Shown here piece by piece: positions 63,683 through 64,000 of a stretch of DNA of 64,000 nucleotides. Location: NCBI GenBank assembly GCA_965649765.1, contig OZ287752.1:26350001-26414000 (forward strand). Direction: 5' to 3'. The translations under genes and the position numbers were made by a program. The number at the start of each line of letters is the position of its first letter. Within the stretch, counting starts at the first letter, position 1. The stretch is from Bispira polyomma. Its lineage: Eukaryota. Below the pieces are notes generated by a model. That model was given only the letters and a program-made list of their open reading frames with translations. It searched no databases and was not told where the DNA came from.

Positions 63683-64000
63683 CCACCAATAGTTTAATTT
63701 GAACAATAACATATATATTAACTGTTTCAGAACGTTTGCCTGCCACATATGGTTGATGACGTTTTGGGGTATTAGCATGTTGTTTTGCCTAAATGCCACC
63801 AAAAAATGCATACACATCCATACTGTATGCAGACTATGAAAACAACAAAATACCCTTTTAAAAATCACAAAATGTTGTACATTTGTAATGATCTACACCC
63901 TAATGAATGATCTGATCTATAAACTATTGTGTTAGTGCAAGTTTGTAATCATTTCGAAAAAAATAACTTTGGTGGACTTTTCAAGTATAATAATTAAAAA

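Overview
AT-rich animal (probably invertebrate) genomic DNA with spliceosomal introns and many transposons. All host genes are on the minus strand. (1) A six-coding-exon SLC16/monocarboxylate-transporter gene (13928-17360, ~460 aa) whose exon-2 donor reads TTAAGT instead of GTAAGT. (2) A ~41-kb cluster (22.9-63.2 kb) of uronyl/heparan-sulfate 2-O-sulfotransferase-like genes, each with a short type-II membrane-anchor exon and one large catalytic exon. I label them A-E. Gene A has one anchor exon but four near-identical tandem copies of its catalytic exon (4 x ~3.4 kb). C and D appear to be chimeras from an older triplication, joining a B-type anchor exon to an E-type catalytic exon and creating a new hybrid anchor exon at the junction. 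C carries a nonsense codon. B has lost the predicted catalytic His. E carries an A-like patch that suggests gene conversion. A 17-bp non-coding motif recurs upstream of all five genes. Mobile DNA includes two degenerate DIRS elements, a Gypsy LTR/PBS/gag relic, two L2-type LINE families (one with a 2A-like motif and a deleted RT), an RTE LINE, a Harbinger-like MADF fragment, several tRNA-derived SINEs with target-site duplications (TSDs), and MITEs. Coordinates and alignments were read by eye; no database search was run.
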